The position numbers and the translations under genes are program-made. From NCBI GenBank assembly GCA_964016885.1, contig OZ024740.1, positions 417,694,001-417,758,000 of the forward strand: a DNA stretch of 64,000 bases, in the 5' to 3' direction. The notes beneath the pieces are model-generated. The model was not told the DNA's origin, made no database searches, and worked only from the letters and a program-made list of their open reading frames with translations. Origin of the DNA: Eledone cirrhosa. Lineage: Eukaryota. Each line of letters starts with the position of its first letter. The first letter of the stretch is position 1. This document shows, in pieces, positions 51,701-64,000 of this stretch.

Positions 51701-54700
51701 GACATGTGGTTAGAATGTCTCAGGAAAGAATCTCCGAATTGAGAGACCACAGCTCTGATATTACAGACATGTGGCTAGAATATCTCAGGAAAGAATCTCC
51801 GAATTGAGAGATCACAGCTCTGATATTACAGGCATGGGGCTAGAATGTCTCAGCAAACAATCTCCGAATTGAAAGATCACAGCTCTGATATTACAGACAT
51901 GTGGATAGAATGTCTCAGGAAAGAATCTCCGAATTGAAAGACCACAGCTCTGATATTACAGACATGTGGCTAGAATGTCTCAGGAAAGAATCTCCGAATT
52001 GAAAGATCACAGCTCTGATATTACAGACATGTGGACTGAATGTCTCAGGAAAGAATCTCTGAATTGAGAGATGACAGCTCTGATATTACAGACATGTGGC
52101 TAGAATGTCTCAGGAAAGAATCTCCGAATTGAAAGACCACAGCTCTGATATTACAGACATGTGGCTAGAATGTCTCAGGAAAGAATCTCTGAATTGAGAG
52201 ATCACAGCTCTGATATTACAGACATGTGACTAGAATGTCTCAGGAAAGAATCTCATAATTGAGAGACCACAGCTCTGATATTACAGACATGTGGTTAGAA
52301 TGTCTCAGGAAGGAATCTCTGAATTGTGAGATCACAGCACTGATATTACAGACATGAGGTTAGAATGTCTCAGGAAAGAATCTCTGAAATGTGAGATCAC
52401 AGCTCTGATATTACAGACATGTGGTTAGAATGTCTCAGGAAAGAGTCTCTGAATTGAGAGACCACAGCTCTGATATTACAGACATGTGGTTAGAATGTCT
52501 CAGGAAAGAGTCTCTGAATTGAGAGACCACAGCTCTGATATTACAGACATGAGGTTAGAAAGTCTCAGGAAAGAATCTCTGAATTGTGAGATCACAGCTC
52601 TGATATTACAGACATGTGGTTAGAATCTCAGGAAAGAGTCTCTGAATTGAGAGACCACAGCTCTGATACTACAGACATGTGGTTAGAATGTCTCAGGAAA
52701 GAATCTCTGAATTGAGAGACCACAGCTCTGATACTACAGACATGTGGTTAGAATGTCTCAGGAAAGAGTCTCTGAATTGAGAGACCACAACTCCGATATT
52801 ACAAACATGTGGCTAGAATGTCTCAGGAAAGAGTCTCTGAATTCAGAGACCACAGCTCTGATGTTAAAGACATGTGGCTAGAATGTCTCAGGAAAGTGTC
52901 TCTGAATGGAAAGACCACAGCTCTGATACTACAGACATGTGGTTAGAATGTCTCAGGAAAGTGTCTCTGAATGGAGAGACCACAGCTCTGATACTACAGA
53001 CATGTGGTTAGAATGTCTTAGGAAAGAATCTCCGAATTGAGAGACCACAGCTCTGATATTACAAACATGTGGCTAGAATGTCTCAGGAAAGAATCTCCGA
53101 ATTGAGAGACCACAGCTCTGATATTACAGACATGTGGGTAGAATGTCTCAGAAAAGAATCTCTGAATTGGGAGACCACAGCTCTGATATTACAGACATGT
53201 GGCAAGAATGTCTCAGGAAAGAATCTCTGAATTGAGAGACCACAGCTCTGATACTACAGACATGTGGTTAGAATGTCTCAGGAAAGAATCTCCGAATTGA
53301 GAGACCACAGCTCTGATATTACAGACATGTGGCTAGAATATCTCAGGAAAGAATCTCTGAATTGAGAGATCACAGCTCTGATATTACAGACATGTGGTTA
53401 GAACGTCTCAGGAAAGAGTCTCTGAATTGAGAGACGACAGCTCTGATATAACAGACATGTGGCTAGAATATCTCAGGAAAGAATCTCTAAATTGAGAGAT
53501 CACAGCTCTGATATTACAGACATGTGGCAAGAATGTCTCAGGAAAGAATCTCTGAATTGAGAGACCACAGCTCTAATACTACAGACATGTGGCTAGAATG
53601 TCTCAGGAAAGAATCTCCGAATTGAAAGACCACAGCTCTGATACTACAGACATGTGGTTAGAATGTCTCAGGAAAGAATCTCCGAATTGAGAGACCACAG
53701 CTCTGACATTACAGACATGTGGATAGAATGTCTCAGCAAAGAATCTTCGAATTGAGAGATCACAGCTCTGATATTACAGACATGTGGTTAGAATGTCTCA
53801 GGAAAGAATCTCTGAATTGAGAGACGACAGCTCTGATATTACAGACATGTGGCTAGAATGTGTCAGGAAAGAATCTCTGAATTTAGAGACCACAGCTCTG
53901 ATATTACAGGCATGGGGCTAGAATGTCTCAGGAAAGAATCTCCGAATTGAAAGATCACAGCTCTGATATTACAGACATGTGGATAGAATGTCTCAGGAAA
54001 GAATCTCCAAATTGAAAGACCACAGCTCTGATATTACAGACATGTGGCTAGAATGTCTCAGGAAAGAATCTCCAAATTGAAAGACCACAGCTCTGATATT
54101 ACAGACATGTGGCTAGAATGTCTCAGGAAAGAATCTCCGAATTAAGAGACGACAGCTCTGATATTACAGACATGTGGATAGAATGTCTCAGGAAAGAATC
54201 TTCGAATTGAGAGATCAGAGCTCTGATATTACAGTCATGTGTTTAGAATGTCTCAGGAAAGAGTCTCTGAATTGAGAGACGACAGCTCTGATATAACAGA
54301 CATGTGGCTAGAATATCTCAGGAAAGAATCTCTGAATTGAGAGATCACAGCTCTGATATTACAGACATGTGGCAAGAATGTCTCAGGAAAGAATCTCTGA
54401 ATTGAGAGACCACAGCTCTAATACTACAGACATGTGGTTAGAATGTCTCAGGAAAGAATCTCTGAATTGAGAGACCACAGCTCTGATACTACAGACATGT
54501 GGTTAGAATGTCTCAGGAAAGAGTCTCTGAATTGAGAGACCACAGCTCCGATATTACAGACATGTGGCTAGAATATCTCAGGAAAGAATCTCTGAATTGA
54601 GAGATAACAGCTCTGATATTACAGGCATGGGGCTAGAATATCTCAGGAAAGAATCTCCGAATTGAAAGATCACAGCTCTGATATTACAGACATGTGGATT

Positions 54701-55300
54701 GAATGTCTCAGGAAAGAATCTCTGAATTGAGAGACGACAGCTCTGATATTACAGATATGTGGCTAGAATGTCTCAGGAAAGAATCTCCGAATTGAAAGAC
54801 CACAGCTCTGATATTACAGACATGTGGTTAGAATGTCTCAGGAAGGAATCTCTGAATTGAGAGATCCCAGCTCTGATATTACAGACATGTGACTAGAATG
54901 TCTCAGGAAAGAATCTCATAATTGAGAGACCACAGCTCTGATATTACAGACATGTGGTTAGAATGTCTCAGGAAGGAATCTCTGAATTGAGAGATCACAG
55001 CTCTGATATTACAGACATGAGGTTAGAATGTCTCAGGAAAGAATCTCTGAAATGTGAGATCACAGCTCTGATATTACAGACATGTGGTTAGAATGTCTCA
55101 GGAAAGAGTCTCTGAATTGAGAGACCACAGCTCTGATACTACAGACATGTGGTTAGAATGTCTCAGGAAAGTGTCTCTGAATTGAGAGACCACAGCTCTG
55201 ATATTACAGACATGAGGTTAGAACGTCTCAGGAAAGAATCTCTGAATTGTGAGATCACAGCTCTGATATTACAGACATGTGGTTAGAATGTCTCAGGAAA
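45730..55300 (+). repeat. ~9-kb block that is the unexpanded sister copy of 26.4-45.7 kb
   Basis: It carries the same rare markers in order: AAAGCGTC 46261, TCCCCGA 46851, GCTCTCATAT 47391, +3 insertions 46660/48807/51280, 2-bp deletion 52623, TTGGGAGAC 53169 and GTCATGTGTT 54234. Offsets to the 42-45 kb markers are 8716, 8781 and 8976. Confidence 0.85.
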
Positions 55301-56859
55301 GAGTCTCTGAATTGAGAGACCACAGCTCTGATACTACAGACATGTGGTTAGAATGTCTCAGGAAAGAATCTCTGAATTGAGAGACCACCGCTCTGATACT
55401 ACAGACATGTGGTTAGAATGTCTCAGGAAAGAGTCTCTGAATTGAGAGACCACAGCTCTGATATTACAGACATTTTGTTAGAATGTCTCAGGAAAGAGTC
55501 TCTGAATTGAGAGACCACAGCTCTGATGTTACAGACATGTGGCTAGAATGTCACAGGAAAGTGTCTCTGAATGGAGAGACCACAGCTCTGATACTACAGA
55601 CATGTGGTTAGAATATCTCAGGAAAGAGTCTCTGAATTGAGAGACCACAGCTCTGATACGACAGACATGTGGTTAGAATGTCTTAGGAAAGAATCTCCAA
55701 ATTGAGAGACCACAGCTCTGATATTACAAACATGTGGCTAGAATGTCTCAGGAAAGAATCTCCGAATTGAGAGACCACAGCTCTGATATTACAGACATGT
55801 GGTTAGAATGACTCAGGAGAGAATCTCTGAATTGAGAGACCACAGCTCTGATACTACAGACATGTGGTTAGAATGTCTCAGGAAAGAATCTCCGAATTGA
55901 AAGACCACAGCTCTGATATTACAGACATATGGCTAGAATGTCTCAGGAAAGAATGTTCGAATTGAGAGATCACAGCTCTGATATTACAAACATGTGGATA
56001 GAATATCTCAGGAAAGAATCTCCGAATTGAAAGACCACAGCTCTGATATTACAGACATGTGGCTAGAATGTCTCAGGAAAGAATCGCCGAATTGAGAGAC
56101 CACAGTTCTGATATTACAGACATGTGGCTAGAATGTCTCAGGAAAGAATCTCCGAATTGAGAGACCACAGCTCTGATATTACAGACATGTGGCTAGAATG
56201 TCTCAGGAAAGAATCTCCGAATTGAGAGACCACAGGTTTGATATTACAGACACGTGGCTAAAATGTCACAGGAAAGAATCTCTGTATTGAGAGATCACAG
56301 CTCTGCTATTACAGACATGTGCTTAGAATGTCTCAGGAAAGAATCTCCGAATTGAGAGACCACAGGTTTGATATTACAGACACGTGGCTAAAATGTCACA
56401 GGAAAGAATCTCTGAATTGAGAGATCACAGCTCTGATATTACAGACATGTGGTTAGAATGTCTCAGGAAAGAATCTCTGAATTGAGAGACCACAGCTCTG
56501 ATATTACAGACATATGGTTAGAATGTCTCAAGAAAGAGTCTCTGAATTGAGAGACAACGGCTCTGATGTTACAGACATGGGGTTAGAATGTCTCAGGAAA
56601 GAGTCTCTGAATTGAGAGATAACAGCTCTGATGTTACAGACATGTGATTAGAATGTCTCAGGAAAGTGTCTCTGAATTGAGAGACCACAGCTCTGATACT
56701 ACAGACATGTGGTTAGAATGTCTCAGGAAATAGTCTCTGAATTAAGAGACCACAGCTCTGATATTACAAACATGTGGCTAGAATGTCTCAGGAAAGAATC
56801 TCTGAATTGAGAGACCACAACTCTGATACTACAGACATGTGGTTAGAATGTCTCAGGAA

Positions 56860-59800
56860 AGAATCTTGAATTGAGAGACCACAGCTCTGATATTACAGAC
56901 ATGTGGCAAGAATGTCTCAGGAAAGAATCTCTGAATTGAGAGACCACAGCTCTGATACTACAGACATGTGGTTAGAATGTCTCAGGAAAGAATCTCGGAA
57001 TTGAGAGACCACAGCTCTGATATTACAGACATGTGGCTAGAATGTCTCAGGAGAAGAATCTCCGAATTGAGAGACCACAGCTCTGATATTACAGACATGT
57101 GGCTAGAATATCTCAGGAAAGAATCTCTGAATTGAGAGATCACAGCTCTGATATTACAGGCATGGGGCTAGAATGTCTCAGGAAAGAATCTCCGAATTGA
57201 AAGATCACAGCTCTGATATTACAGACTTGTGGATAGAATGTCTCAGGAAAGAATCTCCGAATTGAAGGACCACAGCTCTGATATTACAGACATGTGGCTA
57301 GAATGTCTCAGGAAAGAATCTCCGAATTGAGAGACGACAGCTCTGATATTACAGACATGTGGATAGAATGTCTCAGGAAAGAATCTTCGAATTGAGACGT
57401 CACAGCTCTGATATTACAGACATGTGGTTAGAATGTCTCAGGAAAGAATCTCTGAATTGAGAGACGACAGCTCTGATATTACAGACATGTGGCTAGAATG
57501 TCTCAGGAAAGAATTTCTGAATTTAGAGACCACAGCTCTGATATTACAGACATGTGGCTAGAATATCTCAGGAAAGAATCTCCGAATTGATAGACCACAG
57601 CTCTGATATTACAGACATGTGGCAAGAATGTCTCAGGAAAGAATCTCTGAATTGAGAGACCACAGCTCCGATACTACAGACATGTGGTTAGAATGTCTCA
57701 GGAAAGAGTCTCTGAATTGAGAGACGACAGCTCTGATATAACAGACATGTGGCTAGAATATCTCAGGAAAGAATCTCTGAATTGAGAGATCACAGCTCTG
57801 ATATTACAGACATGTGGCAAGAATGTCTCAGGAAAGAATCTCTGAATTGAGAGACCACAGCTCTGATACTACAGACATGTGGTTAGAATCTCTCAGGAAA
57901 GAATCTCTGAATTGAGAGACCACAGCTCTGATACTACAGACATGTGGTTAGAATGTCTCAGGAAAGAGTCTCTGAATTGAGAGACCACAGCTCCGATATT
58001 ACAGACATGTGGCTAGAATATCTCAGGAAAGAATCTCTGAATTGAGAGATCACAGCTCTGATATTACAGGCATGGGGCTAGAATGTCTCAGAAAAGAATC
58101 TCCGAATTGAAAGACCACAGCTCTGATATTACAGACATGTGGCTAGAATGTCTCAGGAAAGAATCTCTGAATTGAGAGATCACAGCTCTGATATTACAGA
58201 CATGGGACTAGAATGTCTCAGGAAAGAATCTCTGAATTGAGAGACCACAGCTCTGATACTACAGACATGTGGTTAGAATGTCTCAGGAAAGAGTCTCTGA
58301 ATTGAGAGACCACAGCTCCGATATTACAAACATGTGGCTAGAATGTCACAGGAAAATGTCTCTGAATGGAGAGACCACAGCTCTGATACTACAGACATGT
58401 GGTTAGAATGTCTCAGGAAAGTGTCTCTGAATTGAGAGACCACAGCCCTGATGTTACAGACATGTGGCTAGAATGTCACAGGAAAATGTCTCTGAATGGA
58501 GAGACCACAGCTCTGATACTACAGACATGTGGTTAGAATGTCTCAGGAAAGTGTCTCTGAATGGAGAGACCACAGCTCTGATACTACAGACATGTGGTTA
58601 GAATGTCTCAGGAAAGAATCTCTGATTTGAGAGACCACAGCTCTGATACTACAGACATGTGGTTAGAATGTCTCAGGAAAGAATCTCCGAATTGAGAGAC
58701 CACAGCTCTGATATCACAGACATGTGGGTAGAATGTCTCAGAAAAGAATCTCTGAATTGAGAGACCACAGCTCTGATATTACAGACATGTGGCAAGAATG
58801 TCTCAGGAAAGAATCTCTGAATTGAGAGACCACAGCTCTGATACTACAGACATGTGGTTAGAATGTCTCAGGAAAGAATCTCTGAATTGAGAGACCACAG
58901 CTCTGATATTACAGACATATGGCTAGAATGTCTCAGGAAAGAATGTTAGAATTGAGAGACCACAGCTCTGGTATTACAGACATGTGGCTAGAATGTCTCA
59001 GGAAAGAATCTTCGAATTGAGAGACGACAGCTCTGATATTACAGACATGTGGCTAGAATGTCTCAGGAAAGAATCTTCGAATTGAGAGACCACAGCTCTG
59101 ATATTACAGACATGTGGATAGAATGTCTCAGGAAAGAATATCCGAATTGAAAGACCACAGCTCTGATATTACAGACATGTGGCTAGAATGTCTCAGGAAA
59201 GAATCTCCGAATTGAGAGACCACAGCTCTGATATTACAGACATGTGGCTAGAATGTCTCAGGAAAGAATCTCCGAATTGTGAGACCACAGGTTTGATATT
59301 ACAGACATGTGGCTAGAATGTCACAGGAAAGAATCTCTGAATTGAGAGACCACAGCTCTGATATTACAGACATGTGGTTAGAATGTCTCAGGTAAGAATC
59401 TCTGAATTGAGAGACCACAGCTCTGATATTACAGACATATGGTTAGAATGTCTCAGGAAAGAGTCTCTGAATTGAGAGACAATGGCTCTGATGTTACAGA
59501 CATGGGGTTAGAATGTCTCAGGAAAGAGTTTCTGAATTGAGAGACAACAGCTCTGATGTTAGAGACATGTGGTTAGAATGTCTCAGGAAAGAGTCTCTGA
59601 ATTAAGAGACCACAGCTCTGATATTACAGACATGTGGTTAGAATGTCTCAGGAAAGAATCTTAAATTGAGAGACCACAGCTCTGATATTAAAGACATGTG
59701 GCAAGAATGTCTCAGGAAAGAATCTCTGAATTGAGAGACCACAGCTCTGATACTACAGACATGTGGTTAGAATGTCTCAGGAAAGAATCTCCGAATTGAG

Positions 59801-62800
59801 AGACCACAGCTCTGATATTACAGACATGTGGCTAGAATGTCTCAGGAGAAGAATCTCCGAATTGAGAGACCACAGCTCTGATATTACAGACATGTGGCTA
59901 GAATATCTCAGGAAAGAATCTCTGAATTGAGAGATCACAGCTCTGATATTACAGGCATGGGGCTAGAATGTCTCAGGAAAGAATCTCCGAATTGAAAGAT
60001 CACAGCTCTGATATTACAGACTTGTGGATAGAATGTCTCAGGAAAGAATCTCCGAATTGAAGGACCACAGCTCTGATATTACAGACATGTGGCTAGAATG
60101 TCTCAGGAAAGAATCTCCGAATTGAGAGACGACAGCTCTGATATTACAGACATGTGGATAGAATGTCTCAGGAAAGAATCTTCGAATTGAGAGACGACAG
60201 CTCTGATATAACAGACATGTGGCTAGAATATCTCAGGAAAGAATCTCCGAATTGATAGACCACAGCTCTGATATTACAGACATGTGGCAAGAATGTCTCA
60301 GGAAAGAATCTCTGAATTGAGAGACCACAGCTCCGATACTACAGACATGTGGTTAGAATGTCTCAGGAAAGAGTCTCTGAATTGAGAGACGACAGCTCTG
60401 ATATAACAGACATGTGGCTAGAATATCTCAGGAAAGAATCTCTGAATTGAGAGATCACAGCTCTGATATTACAGACATGTGGCAAGAATGTCTCAGGAAA
60501 GAATCTCTGAATTGAGAGACCACAGCTCTGATACTACAGACATGTGGTTAGAATGTCTCAGGAAAGAATCTCTGAATTGAGAGACCACAGCTCTGATACT
60601 ACAGACATGTGGTTAGAATGTCTCAGGAAAGAGTCTCTGAATTGAGAGACCACAGCTCCGATATTACAGACATGTGGCTAGAATATCTCAGGAAAGAATC
60701 TCTGAATTGAGAGATCACAGCTCTGATATTACAGGCATGGGGCTAGAATATCTCAGGAAACAATCTCCGAATTGAAAGATCACAGCTCTGATATTACAGA
60801 CATGTGGATTGAATGTCTCAGGAAAGAATCTCTGAATTGAGAGACGACAGCTCTGATATTACAGACATGTGGCTAGAATGTCTCAGAAAAGAATCTCCGA
60901 ATTGAAAGACCACAGCTCTGATATTACAGACATGTGGCTAGAATGTCTCAGGAAAGAATCTCCGAATTGAGAGACCACAGCTCTGATATTACAGGCATGG
61001 GGCTAGAATGTCTCAGGAAAGAATCTCCGAATTGAAAGATCACAGCTCTGATATTACAGACTTGTGGATAGAATGTCTCAGGAAAGAATCTCCGAATTGA
61101 AGGACCACAGCTCTGATATTACAGACATGTGGCTAGAATGTCTCAGGAAAGAATCTCCGAATTGAGAGACGACAGCTCTGATATTACAGACATGTGGATA
61201 GAATGTCTCAGGAAAGAATCTTCGAATTGAGAGACGACAGCTCTGATATAACAGACATGTGGCTAGAATATCTCAGGAAAGAATCTCCGAATTGATAGAC
61301 CACAGCTCTGATATTACAGACATGTGGCAAGAATGTCTCAGGAAAGAATCTCTGAATTGAGAGACCACAGCTCCGATACTACAGACATGTGGTTAGAATG
61401 TCTCAGGAAAGAGTCTCTGAATTGAGAGACGACAGCTCTGATATAACAGACATGTGGCTAGAATATCTCAGGAAAGAATCTCTGAATTGAGAGATCACAG
61501 CTCTGATATTACAGACATGTGGCAAGAATGTCTCAGGAAAGAATCTCTGAATTGAGAGACCACAGCTCTGATACTACAGACATGTGGTTAGAATGTCTCA
61601 GGAAAGAATCTCTGAATTGAGAGACCACAGCTCTGATACTACAGACATGTGGTTAGAATGTCTCAGGAAAGAGTCTCTGAATTGAGAGACCACAGCTCCG
61701 ATATTACAGACATGTGGCTAGAATATCTCAGGAAAGAATCTCTGAATTGAGAGATCACAGCTCTGATATTACAGGCATGGGGCTAGAATATCTCAGGAAA
61801 CAATCTCCGAATTGAAAGATCACAGCTCTGATATTACAGACATGTGGATTGAATGTCTCAGGAAAGAATCTCTGAATTGAGAGACGACAGCTCTGATATT
61901 ACAGACATGTGGCTAGAATGTCTCAGAAAAGAATCTCCGAATTGAAAGACCACAGCTCTGATATTACAGACATGTGGCTAGAATGTCTCAGGAAAGAATC
62001 TCCGAATTGAGAGACCACAGCTCTGATATTACAGACATGTGGCTAGAATGTCTCAGGAAAGAATCTCCGAATTGTGGGACCACAGGTTTGATATTACAGA
62101 CATGTGGCTAGAATGTCACAGGAAAGAATCACTGAATTGAGAGACCACAGCTCTGATATTACAGACATGTGGTTAGAATGTCTCAGGTAAGAATCTCTGA
62201 ATTGAGAGACCACAGCTCTGATATTACAGACATATGGTTAGAATGTCTCAGGAAAGAGTCTCTGAATTGAGAGACAATGGCTCTGATGTTACAGACATGG
62301 GGTTAGAATGTCTCAGGAAAGAGTTTCTGAATTGAGAGACAACAGCTCTGATGTTAGAGACATGTGGTTAGAATGTCTCAGGAAAGAGTCTCTGAATTAA
62401 GAGACCACAGCTCTGATATTACAGACATGTGGTTAGAATGTCTCAGGAAAGAATCTTAAATTGAGAGACCACAGCTCTGATATTAAAGACATGTGGCAAG
62501 AATGTCTCAGGAAAGAATCTCTGAATTGAGAGACCACAGCTCTGATACTACAGACATGTGGTTAGAATGTCTCAGGAAAGAATCTCCGAATTGAGAGACC
62601 ACAGCTCTGATATTACAGACATGTGGCTAGAATGTCTCAGGAGAAGAATCTCCGAATTGAGAGACCACAGCTCTGATATTACAGACATGTGGCTAGAATA
62701 TCTCAGGAAAGAATCTCTGAATTGAGAGATCACAGCTCTGATATTACAGGCATGGGGCTAGAATGTCTCAGGAAAGAATCTCCGAATTGAAAGATCACAG

Positions 62801-64000
62801 CTCTGATATTACAGACTTGTGGATAGAATGTCTCAGGAAAGAATCTCCGAATTGAAGGACCACAGCTCTGATATTACAGACATGTGGCTAGAATGTCTCA
62901 GGAAAGAATCTCCGAATTGAGAGACGACAGCTCTGATATTACAGACATGTGGATAGAATGTCTCAGGAAAGAATCTTCGAATTGAGACGTCACAGCTCTG
63001 ATATTACAGACATGTGGTTAGAATGTCTCAGGAAAGAATCTCTGAATTGAGAGACGACAGCTCTGATATTACAGACATGTGGCTAGAATGTCTCAGGAAA
63101 GAATTTCTGAATTTAGAGACCACAGCTCTGATATTACAGACATGTGGCTAGAATATCTCAGGAAAGAATCTCCGAATTGATAGACCACAGCTCTGATATT
63201 ACAGACATGTGGCAAGAATGTCTCAGGAAAGAATCTCTGAATTGAGAGACCACAGCTCCGATACTACAGACATGTGGTTAGAATGTCTCAGGAAAGAGTC
63301 TCTGAATTGAGAGACGACAGCTCTGATATAACAGACATGTGGCTAGAATATCTCAGGAAAGAATCTCTGAATTGAGAGATCACAGCTCTGATATTACAGA
63401 CATGTGGCAAGAATGTCTCAGGAAAGAATCTCTGAATTGAGAGACCACAGCTCTGATACTACAGACATGTGGTTAGAATGTCTCAGGAAAGAATCTCTGA
63501 ATTGAGAGACCACAGCTCTGATACTACAGACATGTGGTTAGAATGTCTCAGGAAAGAGTCTCTGAATTGAGAGACCACAGCTCCGATATTACAGACATGT
63601 GGCTAGAATATCTCAGGAAAGAATCTCTGAATTGAGAGATCACAGCTCTGATATTACAGGCATGGGGCTAGAATATCTCAGGAAACAATCTCCGAATTGA
63701 AAGATCACAGCTCTGATATTACAGACATGTGGATTGAATGTCTCAGGAAAGAATCTCTGAATTGAGAGACGACAGCTCTGATATTACAGACATGTGGCTA
63801 GAATGTCTCAGAAAAGAATCTCCGAATTGAAAGACCACAGCTCTGATATTACAGACATGTGGCTAGAATGTCTCAGGAAAGAATCTCCGAATTGAGAGAC
63901 CACAGCTCTGATATTACAGACATGTGGTTAGAATGTCTCAGGAAAGAATCTCTGAATTGAGAGATCACAGCTCTGATATTACAGACATGGGACTAGAATG
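56860..64000 (+). repeat. Right-hand domain with markers recurring every 2795 bp (43 monomers)
   Basis: 1-bp deletion monomer at 56861/59656/62451, +1 insertion GGAGAAGAATC at 57051/59846/62641, ACTTGTGG at 57226/60021/62816, GGTAAG at 59391/62186. Confidence 0.88.
59940..62020 (+). repeat. Apparently perfect tandem duplication of 16 monomers (1040 bp)
   Basis: CTTGTGGATA 60021/61061, ATTGATAGAC 60251/61291 and CAATCTCCGA 60761/61801 are 1040 apart. I saw no differences between the copies by eye. Confidence 0.9.

Larger units (their letters stand above)
1..64000 (+). repeat. 65-bp tandem satellite DNA array, about 985 head-to-tail monomers, extending beyond both window edges
   Basis: The unit ACAGACATGT GGCTAGAATG TCTCAGGAAA GAATCTCCGA ATTGAGAGAC CACAGCTCTG ATATT (65 nt) recurs from base 3 to the end. 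Ten-base blocks return in phase every 130 bp. Monomers usually differ from consensus at a few positions. I saw no unique sequence or inverted segment. Confidence 0.99.

Noticed and set aside
1-64000. CRISPR array (65 bp is similar to a repeat-plus-spacer period)
   Set aside because: The whole 65 bp is conserved in every unit. There are no unique spacers, leader or cas genes.
1-64000. Giant repeat-protein coding exon
   Set aside because: The unit is not a multiple of 3. Plus-strand frames hit TAG (GGC TAG) or TGA (AAT TGA) in every 195-bp cycle, and the ORF track shows nothing above 78 aa.

Overview
The whole 64,000-bp window is one uninterrupted, head-to-tail satellite DNA array with a 65-bp monomer (about 985 copies, all in the same orientation, about 42-43% GC). 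The consensus read by eye is ACAGACATGTGGYTAGAATRTCTCAGGAAAGAATCTCYGAATTGAGAGAYCACAGCTCTGATAYT. I see no credible protein-coding gene, RNA gene, transposon or CRISPR array. The seven listed ORFs are by-products of a 13-bp deletion monomer that occurs exactly seven times. The informative content is the array architecture. Diagnostic SNPs and indels show an ordered higher-order repeat of about 28-39 monomers, nested tandem duplications (offsets 1690/1820, 2445/2511, 2720, 2476, 6443, 4096, ~8.7-9.0 kb, 2795 and 1040 bp), three sub-domains with private variants, a short apparent gene-conversion tract, a CpG-decay signature and dyad symmetry within the monomer. This looks like eukaryotic heterochromatic, possibly centromeric, satellite. 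I cannot name the family or organism from the sequence. Duplication breakpoints are approximate (about one monomer).
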